From contig JBFMHM010000005.1 in the NCBI GenBank assembly GCA_040753015.1, positions 14,730 through 78,729 of the forward strand: 64,000 nt of DNA, given 5' to 3'. The notes under the pieces were generated by a model. It searched no databases. It had not been told where the DNA came from and saw only the letters and a list, made by a program, of their open reading frames with translations. This document shows, piece after piece, positions 28,115 through 37,534 of this stretch. Every line of letters begins with the position of its first letter. Positions within the stretch are counted from its first letter, which is position 1. The translations under genes were made by a program, and so were the position numbers. This DNA comes from Candidatus Omnitrophota bacterium (GTDB taxonomy: Bacteria > Omnitrophota > Gorgyraeia > Gygaellales > JBFMHM01).

Positions 28115-29616
28115 TATCTTCCTTTTATAAATGCCGCAAGAAAGCCCGCAAAGGCAAAAACCGATATCAACTCTAAGCGGCCTGCCCACATCTCGATTAT
28201 ATAAGTTATTTTTAATATCGTCGGCATACTTACATCAGTAATCCCGCAAGAAAACCCAACATTAGCTGCGGCAGACGTTGATTCAAAAATGGCTTCTAAA
28301 AAGGGGTAGCCTAACCAAACCCCCACTAAAGCGCCCACTCCATAAATAAAAAAGTACCCTAACGTAATCATTAAAACCGTCCGCACTTGCGCATCCTCAA
28401 TAAACATCGTTCTTATATGATGAAATTTTTGTGATACTACAGCCGTACCAGGAAGTATCATTTTTTTTAAATCTTCTTTTAACGCTTGATAAATAATCCC
28501 AATACGTAACATTTTAATGCCACCGGCTGTAGAACAAGTACAACCGCCTAACGCCATAGCAATAATTAACCCCATTAGAGCAAAATCTCCCCACTCTTTA
28601 ATAAATTGTTGGGCATACACTGTCATATAGCCCGTAGTGCTATGAGCAGAAATAATATGAAAAAAACCTTTTCTAAATAACGTCATTGCTCCAGAGTAAA
28701 CACCAAAATAATTTAAACCAGCCAAAATAATCAATGATACTAACATAATAATAAACAAGAAAGTTCTGGTTTCAATATTTTTCCAAATTTCTTTATAGTT
28801 GCCACGCCAAAATTGATAATGTAAATTAAAATTAAGCGATCCTAAGACCATAAATACTATTACAATAATTTCGAGAAACAAACTATGATAATAAAGAATA
28901 CTTTGTGATTGCGGCGTAAAACCTGCGGTATCAAACCCTGCCATAAAAATACATGCCCCGTGAAAAAAGGCATTTTGCGGTTTTAATCCAATATAAACAC
29001 CAACACATCCTAATATAATTGTACCTAATATTAAATATAGAACACTAACTAACCAGATAAACCGCGCTGTGTGCATAATATTAGGCACTAACTTTTCATC
29101 TCGAGCTTCTCCTGCATATATTTTTAGAGCGCTGCTGCCTTTAACCAAAAAAGAAATTGCAATGATTGCTATTCCTTGGCCACCAATAAAAGGCCCTAGA
29201 TGGCGCCATAAATTATGTGTTTTTGATAAATGATCTAAGTCTTGTACTAGGGTAAGCCCAGTCGTAGTAAACCCTGACATAGTTTCAAAACAAGCATCAA
29301 GAAAAGAATTATAATGCCCGCTTAAAAACAATGGTATTGCTCCTACTGCCATTGCTGCAAGCCAAGAAAGAGAAACTACGACCATAGCCTGAACATTGTT
29401 TAAATCGTGCTTGCTATAACAAACTTTGCTTAAAATTAGGCCTATAATTATTGTAATTTCAGCGCTTACTAAAAAATTTAATGCCGGATTTGGTTCTTTA
29501 AATAAAACTAAACCTAAAATAAAAGGCACAAGCATAGCTATCCCTAGCCCTAATAAAATTTTTCCTAGATAATAACCTATATTTTTAATATCTCTTAATT
29601 GCGGCTTTAGTATCAT
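28114..29616 (-). CDS. trkH: Trk potassium uptake membrane protein
   Basis: FETMSGFTTTG, STAGGIK, ANVG, GRLE. Confidence 0.9.
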   Translation of the reverse strand: MILKPQLRDIKNIGYYLGKILLGLGIAMLVPFILGLVLFKEPNPALNFLVSAEITIIIGLILSKVCYSKHDLNNVQAMVVVSLSWLAAMAVGAIPLFLSGHYNSFLDACFETMSGFTTTGLTLVQDLDHLSKTHNLWRHLGPFIGGQGIAIIAISFLVKGSSALKIYAGEARDEKLVPNIMHTARFIWLVSVLYLILGTIILGCVGVYIGLKPQNAFFHGACIFMAGFDTAGFTPQSQSILYYHSLFLEIIVIVFMVLGSLNFNLHYQFWRGNYKEIWKNIETRTFLFIIMLVSLIILAGLNYFGVYSGAMTLFRKGFFHIISAHSTTGYMTVYAQQFIKEWGDFALMGLIIAMALGGCTCSTAGGIKMLRIGIIYQALKEDLKKMILPGTAVVSQKFHHIRTMFIEDAQVRTVLMITLGYFFIYGVGALVGVWLGYPFLEAIFESTSAAANVGFSCGITDVSMPTILKITYIIEMWAGRLELISVFAFAGFLAAFIKGR

Positions 29617-29641
29617 TTTAAATATCCCATATTATGAAGAA

Positions 29642-29668
29642 AAGCCAGAGAAATAATTTCTCTGGCTT
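29642..29668 (-). terminator. Intrinsic terminator-like hairpin between kdpE and trkH
   Basis: aagccagagaaa-taa-tttctctggctt, with a U-tract on the minus strand. Confidence 0.65.
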
Positions 29669-29753
29669 AGAATATATTCTATATATTTAGGTTACTCTTA
29701 TGTATATACAAAGACAAGTCAAAAAAAGGTCAAAATTTACTTTTTTTAGATAG

Positions 29754-30455
29754 TTAATCTTCGCTTCGGAGACGATAACCAATACCTGGTTCGGTTAATA
29801 TATAGGTTGGCCTATCTGGATTGGGTTCGATTTTACTGCGTAGATTGCTAATAGTTACCCGCAAGAGGTGCAGAATTCCTTCAAAATTTTCACTTTTATT
29901 CCAGATTTGACGCAATATTTGTGTGTGAGTTAACACCTTGCCTGAATTTAAAACAAGTAATTTAAGAATATCGTATTCTGTAGGCGTTAAATCCACTTTA
30001 TTACTATTAATTGTTACAGAATGTCTAGTAACATCCACACAAAGTTTACCCACGCAAATAATCTGTTCTTTATCTTGGGACAAAAGACGCCGTACAACTG
30101 CTCTAAGACGAGCTAAAAGTTCTTGATTAGAAAACGGCTTAGTTAAATAATCATCGGCCCCTGCATCAAGCGCAGAAATCTTATCTGAAACATTTTCTCT
30201 AACAGAAAGAATCACTATAGGCACTTTAGAATGTTTACGGATATTTTTAATCACATTAATTCCATCCATATCCCCTAACCCAAGATCAAGCACAATAGCA
30301 TCCGGATGCACCGATACAGATTTTTCTAGCGCCTCCCTTGCAGTCACAGCTTCAAAAACATTGTATCCAGACGAGGAAAGCGTTATTTTCAAAAATTGCC
30401 TAATCGGCTTTTCATCGTCAACCACAAGTATTCTTAATGTAGATTTTTCTGTCAT
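29754..30455 (-). CDS. kdpE: KdpE-like response regulator
   Basis: ALDAGADDYLTKPF, GKVLTH, YILTEPGIGYR. Confidence 0.8.
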   Translation of the reverse strand: MTEKSTLRILVVDDEKPIRQFLKITLSSSGYNVFEAVTAREALEKSVSVHPDAIVLDLGLGDMDGINVIKNIRKHSKVPIVILSVRENVSDKISALDAGADDYLTKPFSNQELLARLRAVVRRLLSQDKEQIICVGKLCVDVTRHSVTINSNKVDLTPTEYDILKLLVLNSGKVLTHTQILRQIWNKSENFEGILHLLRVTISNLRSKIEPNPDRPTYILTEPGIGYRLRSED

Positions 30456-31477
30456 GTATTTTTTAAGGGAAGGGTTATAATAAAGGTTGCTCCTAAACCA
30501 GTGTTATTTTTAGCCGTAATCTCTCCGCCATGAGCCTCAATAATCCCTTTACAAATAGAAAGCCCTAAACCAATTCCTGTTATGTTTTTTAATTTTTCAG
30601 CACGGTAAAATTTATCAAAAATATGTTTAAGATCTTCTTGTGAAACTCCAAATCCCTGATCTTTAATTTCAATTTTTACACTATCTCTAACTATAGTCGC
30701 TTTTATATCTATCGGCGTATCCAAAGGTGAATATTTAAGCGCATTATCAATTAAATTACAAAATACCTTCATCATAAAAGAAAAATCCATAGATATTTCT
30801 GGAAAATCATTAGGAATATCTATGTTAATATTTCTAGATCCTATTTTATCCTTTAATTGTTCAAGAGACGCCCCTATAATATCCCTTAATTCGCAAGGTT
30901 TAGGGTTAAGTTTTAATGCCCCTGCTTCCATTTTTGTCATATCCAAAAGATTACTTACAAGATCATTAAGGCGGTTAGCCTCCCCTAATGAATTATATAA
31001 GAGCTCTTTAGAGGTAGCGCTGTTTAATACAGAGCTATCATCTAATAAAGTAGTTAATGACCCGGTAATTGAAGCAAGCGGAGTCCTTAAATCATGAGAT
31101 ATTGAATTCAAAAGTGCAGACTGAAGTTTTTCTGTTTGGCGCTGGATAACCTGTTCTCTTATTTTTGATGCAAGGATACTTACCACAATGCCAACAATTA
31201 AAAAAGCTATAAAAGTAAAAATATATTGAAGATCTCCAACTCCTAACGTTAAATAAGGGTGTACAAGAAAAAAATCAAATGCAAGAACACTCAATATTGA
31301 AGTTACAATGGCTGGCCCTTGCCCAAAACGGATGGCGATAAATACAACAGCAAAAAGATAAAACATTACAAGATTGGTTGGCTCAAGGCTTCTTTTAACA
31401 AGCTCGCCAAAGATAGTAGTAACAAAAATAAGCCCGACACTTATTATGTATGGACAAATCTTAAATTTTTTAGCCAT
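30452..31477 (-). CDS. Short KdpD-like sensor kinase (DUF4118 TM + HisKA + HATPase)
   Basis: AFDFF..PY TM domain, SISHDLRTPL, GLGLSIC; lacks the N-terminal KdpD/Usp and GAF domains. Confidence 0.78.
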   Translation of the reverse strand: MAKKFKICPYIISVGLIFVTTIFGELVKRSLEPTNLVMFYLFAVVFIAIRFGQGPAIVTSILSVLAFDFFLVHPYLTLGVGDLQYIFTFIAFLIVGIVVSILASKIREQVIQRQTEKLQSALLNSISHDLRTPLASITGSLTTLLDDSSVLNSATSKELLYNSLGEANRLNDLVSNLLDMTKMEAGALKLNPKPCELRDIIGASLEQLKDKIGSRNINIDIPNDFPEISMDFSFMMKVFCNLIDNALKYSPLDTPIDIKATIVRDSVKIEIKDQGFGVSQEDLKHIFDKFYRAEKLKNITGIGLGLSICKGIIEAHGGEITAKNNTGLGATFIITLPLKNT

Positions 31478-31503
31478 AGGTTTAGATTTTTTATAAACTC
31501 TAA

Positions 31504-32616
31504 TTAAGAAATTGGCAAGTAAAAGTAAAATTTTGAGCCAAGGCCTTCAGTACTTTCAACGCCAACACTACCGCCGTGCAAGTCAATAATATGCTTTACA
31601 ATAGAAAGCCCTAGGCCTGTTCCGCCAAGCTCGCGCGAACGCGCGCGATCAACACGATAGAAACGTTCAAAAATACGCGGAATGTCTTTTTCGGGAATGC
31701 CTGAACCAGAATCTTCGATTATAATTTTAATTTTATTACCAATTTCTTTACCGGTAATCTTTATAAAACCACTCTCTTTGTTAAATTTAATTGCGTTGTC
31801 AATAAGATTTATTAATACTTGTTCTAATCGCTCTTTATCAGCATTTACAAATAAATCTTCTTTTAACTCATTTATTACCTGTATATTTTTCTTTTCTAAT
31901 CGAGCTTTAAAATCTAATAATATTCTATGGCTAAACTGTTTTAAATTAATAGGCCTAGGATTTAATTTTATCTCTTTAGATTCGAGCCCCGCCAAAGCCA
32001 AAAGGTCATTTATTAAATTATCAAACCTATCTGCCTGCTCTTTAATGATTGTCAAAAATTGTTTGGCATTTTCTTTATCATCAATTGCTCCCTCAAGCAA
32101 TGTTTCGATAAACCCTTTTATAGAGGTAAGTGGCGTGCGAAGTTCATGTGAGACATTTGCCACAAAATCTCTTCTGGTATTTTCAAGTTTTTTTAGTTCA
32201 GTAATATCATGGATTACTAATAAACATCCGTTTATATCATCATTTTCAAATATAGGGGATGCATTAATATGGAAAACTTTTACAAGCGGCCAAATAAGCG
32301 GTAGTTCTTTTGATATAAATTGTTTTTTTTCTAAAACGTCATTAATTAATTCTAAAATATCATTATTAGGTATCGCTTCCAGAAAAAATTTACCAAAAAC
32401 TTTTTCTTGCTCTATATTAAATATTTTCTCTGCGGTAGCATTACAAGAGATTAACTTTACATCTTTATCAAGGATAACTACACCCTCAATCATACTATTT
32501 AAAATAGTATGCGCAGTAAGAGTTTGTTTTTCTAATTCCTTAATTTTTATGTTTGCTTGGTCTATTTTCGCTAATAGTTCATCAATACGCTTTTGAAACC
32601 TTGCCCTAAAAAACAT
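31504..32616 (-). CDS. phoR: PhoR-like PAS histidine kinase with no evident TM segment
   Basis: MIEGV PAS, RRDFVANVSHELRTPLT, FYRVDRARSRELGGTGLGL. Confidence 0.8.
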   Translation of the reverse strand: MFFRARFQKRIDELLAKIDQANIKIKELEKQTLTAHTILNSMIEGVVILDKDVKLISCNATAEKIFNIEQEKVFGKFFLEAIPNNDILELINDVLEKKQFISKELPLIWPLVKVFHINASPIFENDDINGCLLVIHDITELKKLENTRRDFVANVSHELRTPLTSIKGFIETLLEGAIDDKENAKQFLTIIKEQADRFDNLINDLLALAGLESKEIKLNPRPINLKQFSHRILLDFKARLEKKNIQVINELKEDLFVNADKERLEQVLINLIDNAIKFNKESGFIKITGKEIGNKIKIIIEDSGSGIPEKDIPRIFERFYRVDRARSRELGGTGLGLSIVKHIIDLHGGSVGVESTEGLGSKFYFYLPIS

Positions 32617-33312
32617 CTATATCTCCATATCAAACCTATAACCATAATTTTTAACTGTCGTTATTCGCTGAGCATAGTTTTTCAGTTTTTTTCGCAGTGT
32701 CCTTATATGAACATCCACTGTACGGGTTTGAATTTCTAACGAATGATCAAAACCCCAAATATTGTTAAGTAGAAAGTCGCGCGACAATACTCTACCATTT
32801 GCTTTTATTAATGTTTTCAATAATTCAAACTCTTTTGAAGTTAATTCAATTTGTTTATCTTTTATGCTTACCTGAATTTTAGAGAAATCGACTAACAAAT
32901 CACCTATTTTAAATATTTCTTTTGGCAACTCTTTTTCCTTGGCGCGCCTAAGGATAGCCTTTATGCGTAAAATAAGCTCGCGGGGGCTAAAAGGTTTGGT
33001 TATATAATCATCGGCGCCAAGCTCAAAGCCAATAACTTTATCCACTTCTTCGCCTTTTGCTGTAAGCATAATAATTGGAGTATGTTTTAATCTTGGATTT
33101 TCTTTTATATTACGGCAGGCCTCGAGGCCTGACATGCCAGGAAGCATAATATCAAGAATAATTAGGTCTATTTTTTGCTTTTCCAAAAGACTTAAGGCGC
33201 CTTCTGCGTCATTTGCTATAAATGAATCGAACCCAGCTTTACCTAAGTTATAATCAATTAATTTAACGATATGTTTATCATCTTCGACAATTAAGATTTT
33301 TTCTTTAGGCAT
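32617..33312 (-). CDS. phoB: PhoB/PhoP-like response regulator
   Basis: LDIMLP, GADDYITKPFS, TRTVDVHI; next to phoR and near pst. Confidence 0.78.
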   Translation of the reverse strand: MPKEKILIVEDDKHIVKLIDYNLGKAGFDSFIANDAEGALSLLEKQKIDLIILDIMLPGMSGLEACRNIKENPRLKHTPIIMLTAKGEEVDKVIGFELGADDYITKPFSPRELILRIKAILRRAKEKELPKEIFKIGDLLVDFSKIQVSIKDKQIELTSKEFELLKTLIKANGRVLSRDFLLNNIWGFDHSLEIQTRTVDVHIRTLRKKLKNYAQRITTVKNYGYRFDMEI

Positions 33313-33317
33313 AACTA

Positions 33318-34202
33318 TTAAACGCCAAGAAACAACTTGAGCATTGCGCTGTATTTAGCACTAGTCTCATCAACAATTTCCTTGGGTAGTTCTGGGGCAG
33401 GAGGAGTTTTATTCCAATCTAATGTCTCTAAATAATCACGCACAAATTGCTTATCAAAACTTGCCTGAGGAGCACCAGGTTTATATTCACTAATCGGCCA
33501 GAAGCGCGAAGAATCAGGCGTAAGAACTTCATCGATAAGAATTATTTCGTTATCATAAATACCAAATTCGAATTTCGTATCGGCAATAATTATTCCGTGT
33601 TTCTCGGCATAAGAACCTGCTTTCTTATAAATGGCTAAACTTAATTCTCTTAATCTACCTGTGGTATCTTTACCTATTTTACTTTCAACATACTCGGAAG
33701 AAACATTAATATCATGCCCCACTTCTTCTTTAGTTGAAGGAGTAAAAATAGCTTCGGGCAATTTATCGGATTCTTTAAGCCCAGATGGCAATTTTATTCC
33801 GCAGATACTTTGAGTTTTCTGATATTCTTTCCATCCTGAACCAGACAAATATCCTCTCACAATACATTCTACAGGAATAGAGTTAGCTTTTTTAACCAGC
33901 ATCGAACGATCACGTAATATTTCCTTATATTTTTCTACCTCTTTTGGGTATTCATCTATATTTGCAGTAATTAGATGGTTAGGGACAATATCACGGGTCA
34001 GCTCAAACCAAAACAAGCTTAAACGCGTTAAAATTTCACCTTTTTTAGGAATACAGGTAGGCAGCACTACGTCAAAACAGGATATTCTATCGGTAGAAAT
34101 AACTAAGAGTTTATCATCTAAATCATATACATCGCGAACTTTACCACGACGAAAAAACTTTAAATCTTTAAAATCTGTTTTTGCTACTGTATTTACCTGC
34201 AT
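33318..34202 (-). CDS. purC: SAICAR synthase
   Basis: [35 protein letters not shown]. Confidence 0.95.
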   Translation of the reverse strand: MQVNTVAKTDFKDLKFFRRGKVRDVYDLDDKLLVISTDRISCFDVVLPTCIPKKGEILTRLSLFWFELTRDIVPNHLITANIDEYPKEVEKYKEILRDRSMLVKKANSIPVECIVRGYLSGSGWKEYQKTQSICGIKLPSGLKESDKLPEAIFTPSTKEEVGHDINVSSEYVESKIGKDTTGRLRELSLAIYKKAGSYAEKHGIIIADTKFEFGIYDNEIILIDEVLTPDSSRFWPISEYKPGAPQASFDKQFVRDYLETLDWNKTPPAPELPKEIVDETSAKYSAMLKLFLGV

Positions 34203-35977
34203 TTATTTTTTAATTTAAGCTTTAGCGCATTAAATTCATTCCATAATTCATCTGGTAAATCCTTACTAAATTGCTTAAAAAAATCACTTATTCTTGCGAG
34301 CTCCTCAAGCCAATCTTTTTTGTCTATAGTAAAAAGCTTTTCTAAAACTTTGCCTGATAAGTCTAAGCCGGTCATATCAATATCTTCGAAATTAGGAATA
34401 TATCCTATAGGGGTTTCTTGAGCACTAACCTTATTGTTGCAACGATCTATTATCCATTCTAAAATCCTTAGGTTATCTCCGTAACCTGGCCATAAAAATT
34501 TTCCCTGATTATCGGTTTTAAACCAATTAACATGAAAAATTTTTGGAGCCCTTTTCATACGCTTACCCATATTTAACCAATGAGAAAAATACTCTGCCAT
34601 GTTATAACCGCAAAAAGGAAGCATTGCCATCGGATCTCTGCGAACCTCGCCAATTTTTCCTACTTGAGCTGCGGTCCTTTCTGATGCCATAGTAGCACCA
34701 ACAAATACTCCATGCTGCCAATTAAATGCTTCATAAACTAGAGGCGCAAGATGTGCGCGCCTGCCACCAAAAACAATTGCTGAAATTGGAACTCCATGAT
34801 GCTGCTCGAGCCTAAAAGTTGATGATGGACATTGCTTTATTGGTGTAGTGAAACGACTATTTGGATGAGCGCCTAAGATTTTTTTGCCGTCTTTATCTAG
34901 TGCGCCCGGATACCATGGCCTTCCTTGCCAATCAGTGCCACTTTGCGGCACTTCCCCATCTGCACCCTCCCACCAAACAGTACCATCTGGCTTTAATAGA
35001 ACATTTGTATAAATTGTATTTTTTTGAATAGTTTTAACCATATTGGGGTTTGATTTTGAATTAGTCCCTGGCGCTACCCCAAAAAAACCAGTCTCAGGAT
35101 TAATTGCCCAAAGAGAACCATCAGAATCTATACGCATCCAGGCAATATCATCACCTACAGTCCATATACGATAACCTTTTCTCTTTAATCCTTCTGGAGG
35201 AACAAGCATAGCTAGATTTGTTTTTCCACAAGCACTAGGAAAAGCTGCGGCAACATATTCTATATGGCCATTGGGCTCTTCTATGCCCATAATGAGCATA
35301 TGTTCTGCAAGCCAATGCTCACGTTTACCTTGAAAACTCGCAATACGCAAAGATAAGCATTTTTTACCAAGTAATACGTTGCCTCCGTAACCTGATCCTA
35401 CACTCCAGATTGTGTTATCTTCAGGGAAATGTAGAATCAATCTTTTATCAATATCTAGTTCTGCTTTAGAATGCAGACATTTAGTAAAATTCGTGTTCTT
35501 TTTGATTTGTTCCAATACGCTTGAACCAACGCGTGTCATAATTAACATATTTAAAACAACATAACGTGAATCTGTTAATTCTACACCAACCCTAGAAAAC
35601 TCTGAACCTATAGGCCCCATCGAGAAAGGAATTACATACATCGTACGCCCCTTCATTGCACCTTTGAAAATCGCCCGTGCCTTTTTATATGCAAGGGACG
35701 GTTTCATCCAGTTATTATTTGGGCCTGCAGTATGTTTTTTCTTTGTACAAATATAGGTAAGATGTTCTGTGCGAGCAACATCGTTGACAGCAGTACGGTG
35801 CAAAAAGCAACCAGGTAATTTTTTTTGATTTAAAGGGATGAGCTCACCGGTTGTAATTGCTTCTTGCTGAAGTTGATTTTTTTGTTCATCTGAACCATCA
35901 ATCCATACAGCATTATCCGGTTGGCATAATTTTTGACAAGCATTAACCCATTTTTTTAACTCATTGAATTTTTTCAT
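34193..35977 (-). CDS. pckG: GTP-dependent phosphoenolpyruvate carboxykinase
   Basis: [36 protein letters not shown]. Confidence 0.95.
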   Translation of the reverse strand: MKKFNELKKWVNACQKLCQPDNAVWIDGSDEQKNQLQQEAITTGELIPLNQKKLPGCFLHRTAVNDVARTEHLTYICTKKKHTAGPNNNWMKPSLAYKKARAIFKGAMKGRTMYVIPFSMGPIGSEFSRVGVELTDSRYVVLNMLIMTRVGSSVLEQIKKNTNFTKCLHSKAELDIDKRLILHFPEDNTIWSVGSGYGGNVLLGKKCLSLRIASFQGKREHWLAEHMLIMGIEEPNGHIEYVAAAFPSACGKTNLAMLVPPEGLKRKGYRIWTVGDDIAWMRIDSDGSLWAINPETGFFGVAPGTNSKSNPNMVKTIQKNTIYTNVLLKPDGTVWWEGADGEVPQSGTDWQGRPWYPGALDKDGKKILGAHPNSRFTTPIKQCPSSTFRLEQHHGVPISAIVFGGRRAHLAPLVYEAFNWQHGVFVGATMASERTAAQVGKIGEVRRDPMAMLPFCGYNMAEYFSHWLNMGKRMKRAPKIFHVNWFKTDNQGKFLWPGYGDNLRILEWIIDRCNNKVSAQETPIGYIPNFEDIDMTGLDLSGKVLEKLFTIDKKDWLEELARISDFFKQFSKDLPDELWNEFNALKLKLKNKCR

Positions 35978-35989
35978 TGCAATTGTGTA

Positions 35990-36068
35990 TGGCGGGGGCG
36001 ACGGGATTTGGACCCGCGATCTTCAGATCGACAATCTGACGCGTTAAACCAGGCTACGCTACGCCCCC
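35990..36068 (-). tRNA. tRNA-Asp(GTC)
   Basis: GGGGGCGTAGCGTAGCCTGG...TCAGATTGTCGATCTGA...CGCCCCCGCCA cloverleaf; T-loop variant TCCAAAT. Confidence 0.9.
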
Positions 36069-36071
36069 ATA

Positions 36072-36198
36072 AATACAGAGATAAGATACAAGAATTAAGA
36101 TTTAAGAAAATCTTAAAACAAGATCTATGAAACAAAACTACAAGAATTAAGATTTAAGAAAATCTTAAAACAAAACCGCCAAACATAAGAACTAAAAA
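36072..36198. repeat. Heptamer (NNtaaga) array, left arm, containing a 35-bp direct repeat
   Basis: tacaagaattaagatttaagaaaatcttaaaacaa at 36087-36121 and 36139-36173. Confidence 0.8.
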
Positions 36199-36200
36199 AT

Positions 36201-36566
36201 TCATAAATCAGTTTTTAAAGTAAGTACTATTTTACTTAAAATTTTAATAACTTCAATATTTTCTTTTTCAATGCCTAATAACGGTTCGCTATTCGAAATT
36301 ATCTTGGCATCTTTAAAAATCTGTAGCCAATTATCAAATTCATAACTCGAATTGAGTGCAATCGTAAAATAAGATTCCTTATGTCTAATACTTGAAGCAC
36401 TATTACCTTCGGCAATGTTTGCTCCAATCGAAGTTGCTGCACCTAAACATTGATCAATAATTTTTGAATATTTTTGACTACAGTTATTCAGTAAATTAAT
36501 TATTAAAAGAGCATTTTTATGAGCCTTCTGCCAAACTATTAATTTTCGATATTGCGGCACATTCAT
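36201..36566 (-). CDS. Four-helix-bundle protein (23S rRNA IVP/bAvd-like)
   Basis: YRKLIVWQKA, DQ..AATSIGANIAEG, IALNSSYE. Confidence 0.88.
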   Translation of the reverse strand: MNVPQYRKLIVWQKAHKNALLIINLLNNCSQKYSKIIDQCLGAATSIGANIAEGNSASSIRHKESYFTIALNSSYEFDNWLQIFKDAKIISNSEPLLGIEKENIEVIKILSKIVLTLKTDL

Positions 36567-36675
36567 AATCTAAGTTTTAAGATTTTTGTTTTCTTAAATC
36601 TTACTTCTTAACTTTTGAGTTTAAAAGTTTTTGATTTTATCTTAATTCTTAAATCTTATTTCTTAATTCTGTATT
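36567..36675. repeat. Heptamer array, right arm, inverted relative to the left arm
   Basis: tcttaattcttaaatcttatttcttaattctgtatt mirrors aatacagagataagatacaagaattaagatttaaga. Confidence 0.75.
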
Positions 36676-36677
36676 AA

Positions 36678-36751
36678 TGGGCGCTAGAGGACTCGAACCC
36701 CTGACCCTCTCGGTGTAAACGAGATGCTCTAACCAACTGAGCTAAGCGCCC
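36678..36751 (-). tRNA. tRNA-Val(TAC)
   Basis: GGGCGCTTAGCTCAGTTGGTTAGAGCATCTCGTTTACACCGAGA...GGTTCGAGTCC...GCGCCCA; CCA not encoded. Confidence 0.92.
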
Positions 36752-36995
36752 TAACATCTACACTTTCATTTAAAAACTTTCTACCAACTCCGCTTTTAAG
36801 AAAATTTTCTCTTTTTCGCGCTTCTGTAATGTTTAAATATTGCTCTTTATAAATTAATTCGAAAGGACCATTTTCTTTAGTCCATTTATTAGAACCATAA
36901 TTATGTTGTTTAAGTCTATCTTCCGGTAAATTCTTAGTACTGCTTATATATCTCTTACCGTTACGTAAACTTTTTAAGACATAAACATAATACAT
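36729..36995 (-). CDS. Stand-alone GIY-YIG nuclease; its stop codon lies inside tRNA-Val
   Basis: YYVYVLKS..YISST..RLKQHN.G..T..GPFELIY.E..AR.RE..LKSG.GR (YIG changed to YIS). Confidence 0.85.
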   Translation of the reverse strand: MYYVYVLKSLRNGKRYISSTKNLPEDRLKQHNYGSNKWTKENGPFELIYKEQYLNITEARKRENFLKSGVGRKFLNESVDVRALSSVG

Positions 36996-37051
36996 GCTCT
37001 AACCTCCACCGGAGGCGGATCAGCCTCAGGCTGAAACTGAGCTAAGCGCCC
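36994..37051 (-). repeat. Second copy of tRNA-Val nt 1-28, interrupted by a 30-bp double hairpin (37005-37034)
   Basis: GGGCGCTTAGCTCAGTT[TCAGCCTGAGGCTGATCCGCCTCCGGTGGA]GGTTAGAGCAT; identical to 36724-36751 once the insert is removed. Confidence 0.92.
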
Positions 37052-37090
37052 CGATAGAACAGATGAAAGATTTAAAACAAATAATGAATT

Positions 37091-37531
37091 CTACGCTAAT
37101 TTACCTAAAACGCCTAAGGTAAATGCCATAACAAAAAGTGCGACTGTCTCAATAACGCCTAATACAACTATATAATTACCAAAACCTTTATTTGTTTCAC
37201 CCATAGCATCACTTGCCGCAGCAGCACATTTACCCTGCCAAAGCGCAGACATACCAATAGCTAAACCAGCAAAAATACCTAAACCCCAAAAATATTGCCC
37301 TTTCGCGGCAAGTTCGGCAATTTTATTCATTACGATCATTCCATAAATTGTCTGAGTAAGAGGCGCTCCAACAAAGGCAATTAACATAAAAGATGCTGTT
37401 TTATTTTGAGAAAAGCTTTTCTTCCAAGCGCCAATAGCTGCCATGCCAGCTATACCCGCACCCCAAGCTGAACCAATACCAGACAAAGCAAGCACAGCAA
37501 TCAAACCTAAATCCTTGAATTGCGCAAGCAT
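37091..37531 (-). CDS. atpK: V/A-type ATPase subunit K (proteolipid)
   Basis: 4 TM segments, GAPLTQTIYG, GVIETVALF. Confidence 0.88.
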   Translation of the reverse strand: MLAQFKDLGLIAVLALSGIGSAWGAGIAGMAAIGAWKKSFSQNKTASFMLIAFVGAPLTQTIYGMIVMNKIAELAAKGQYFWGLGIFAGLAIGMSALWQGKCAAAASDAMGETNKGFGNYIVVLGVIETVALFVMAFTLGVLGKLA

Positions 37532-37534
37532 TTT

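Noticed and set aside
28115-28189. Longer start for the OB-fold gene
   Set aside because: Overlaps the trkH coding region; the coupled TAATG start at 28114 is more plausible
29617-29753. Riboswitch (e.g. c-di-AMP) ahead of trkH
   Set aside because: Only a terminator-like hairpin in AT-rich sequence; no aptamer consensus recognisable
31682-32596. 304-aa plus-strand ORF
   Set aside because: Antisense shadow of phoR with no recognisable motifs
36087-36173. Two identical 35-bp repeats as a possible CRISPR array
   Set aside because: Only two copies, a 17-nt spacer, low-complexity heptamer make-up and no cas genes; they belong to the four-helix-bundle flank
36201-36566. Avd-like gene as evidence of a diversity-generating retroelement
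   Set aside because: No reverse transcriptase or TR/VR pair in the window; mismatches in the 41046/41863 duplication are not adenine-specific
36994-37051. Second tRNA-Val gene or intron-containing tRNA
   Set aside because: Only nt 1-28 are present; anticodon arm, T arm and 3' acceptor strand are missing
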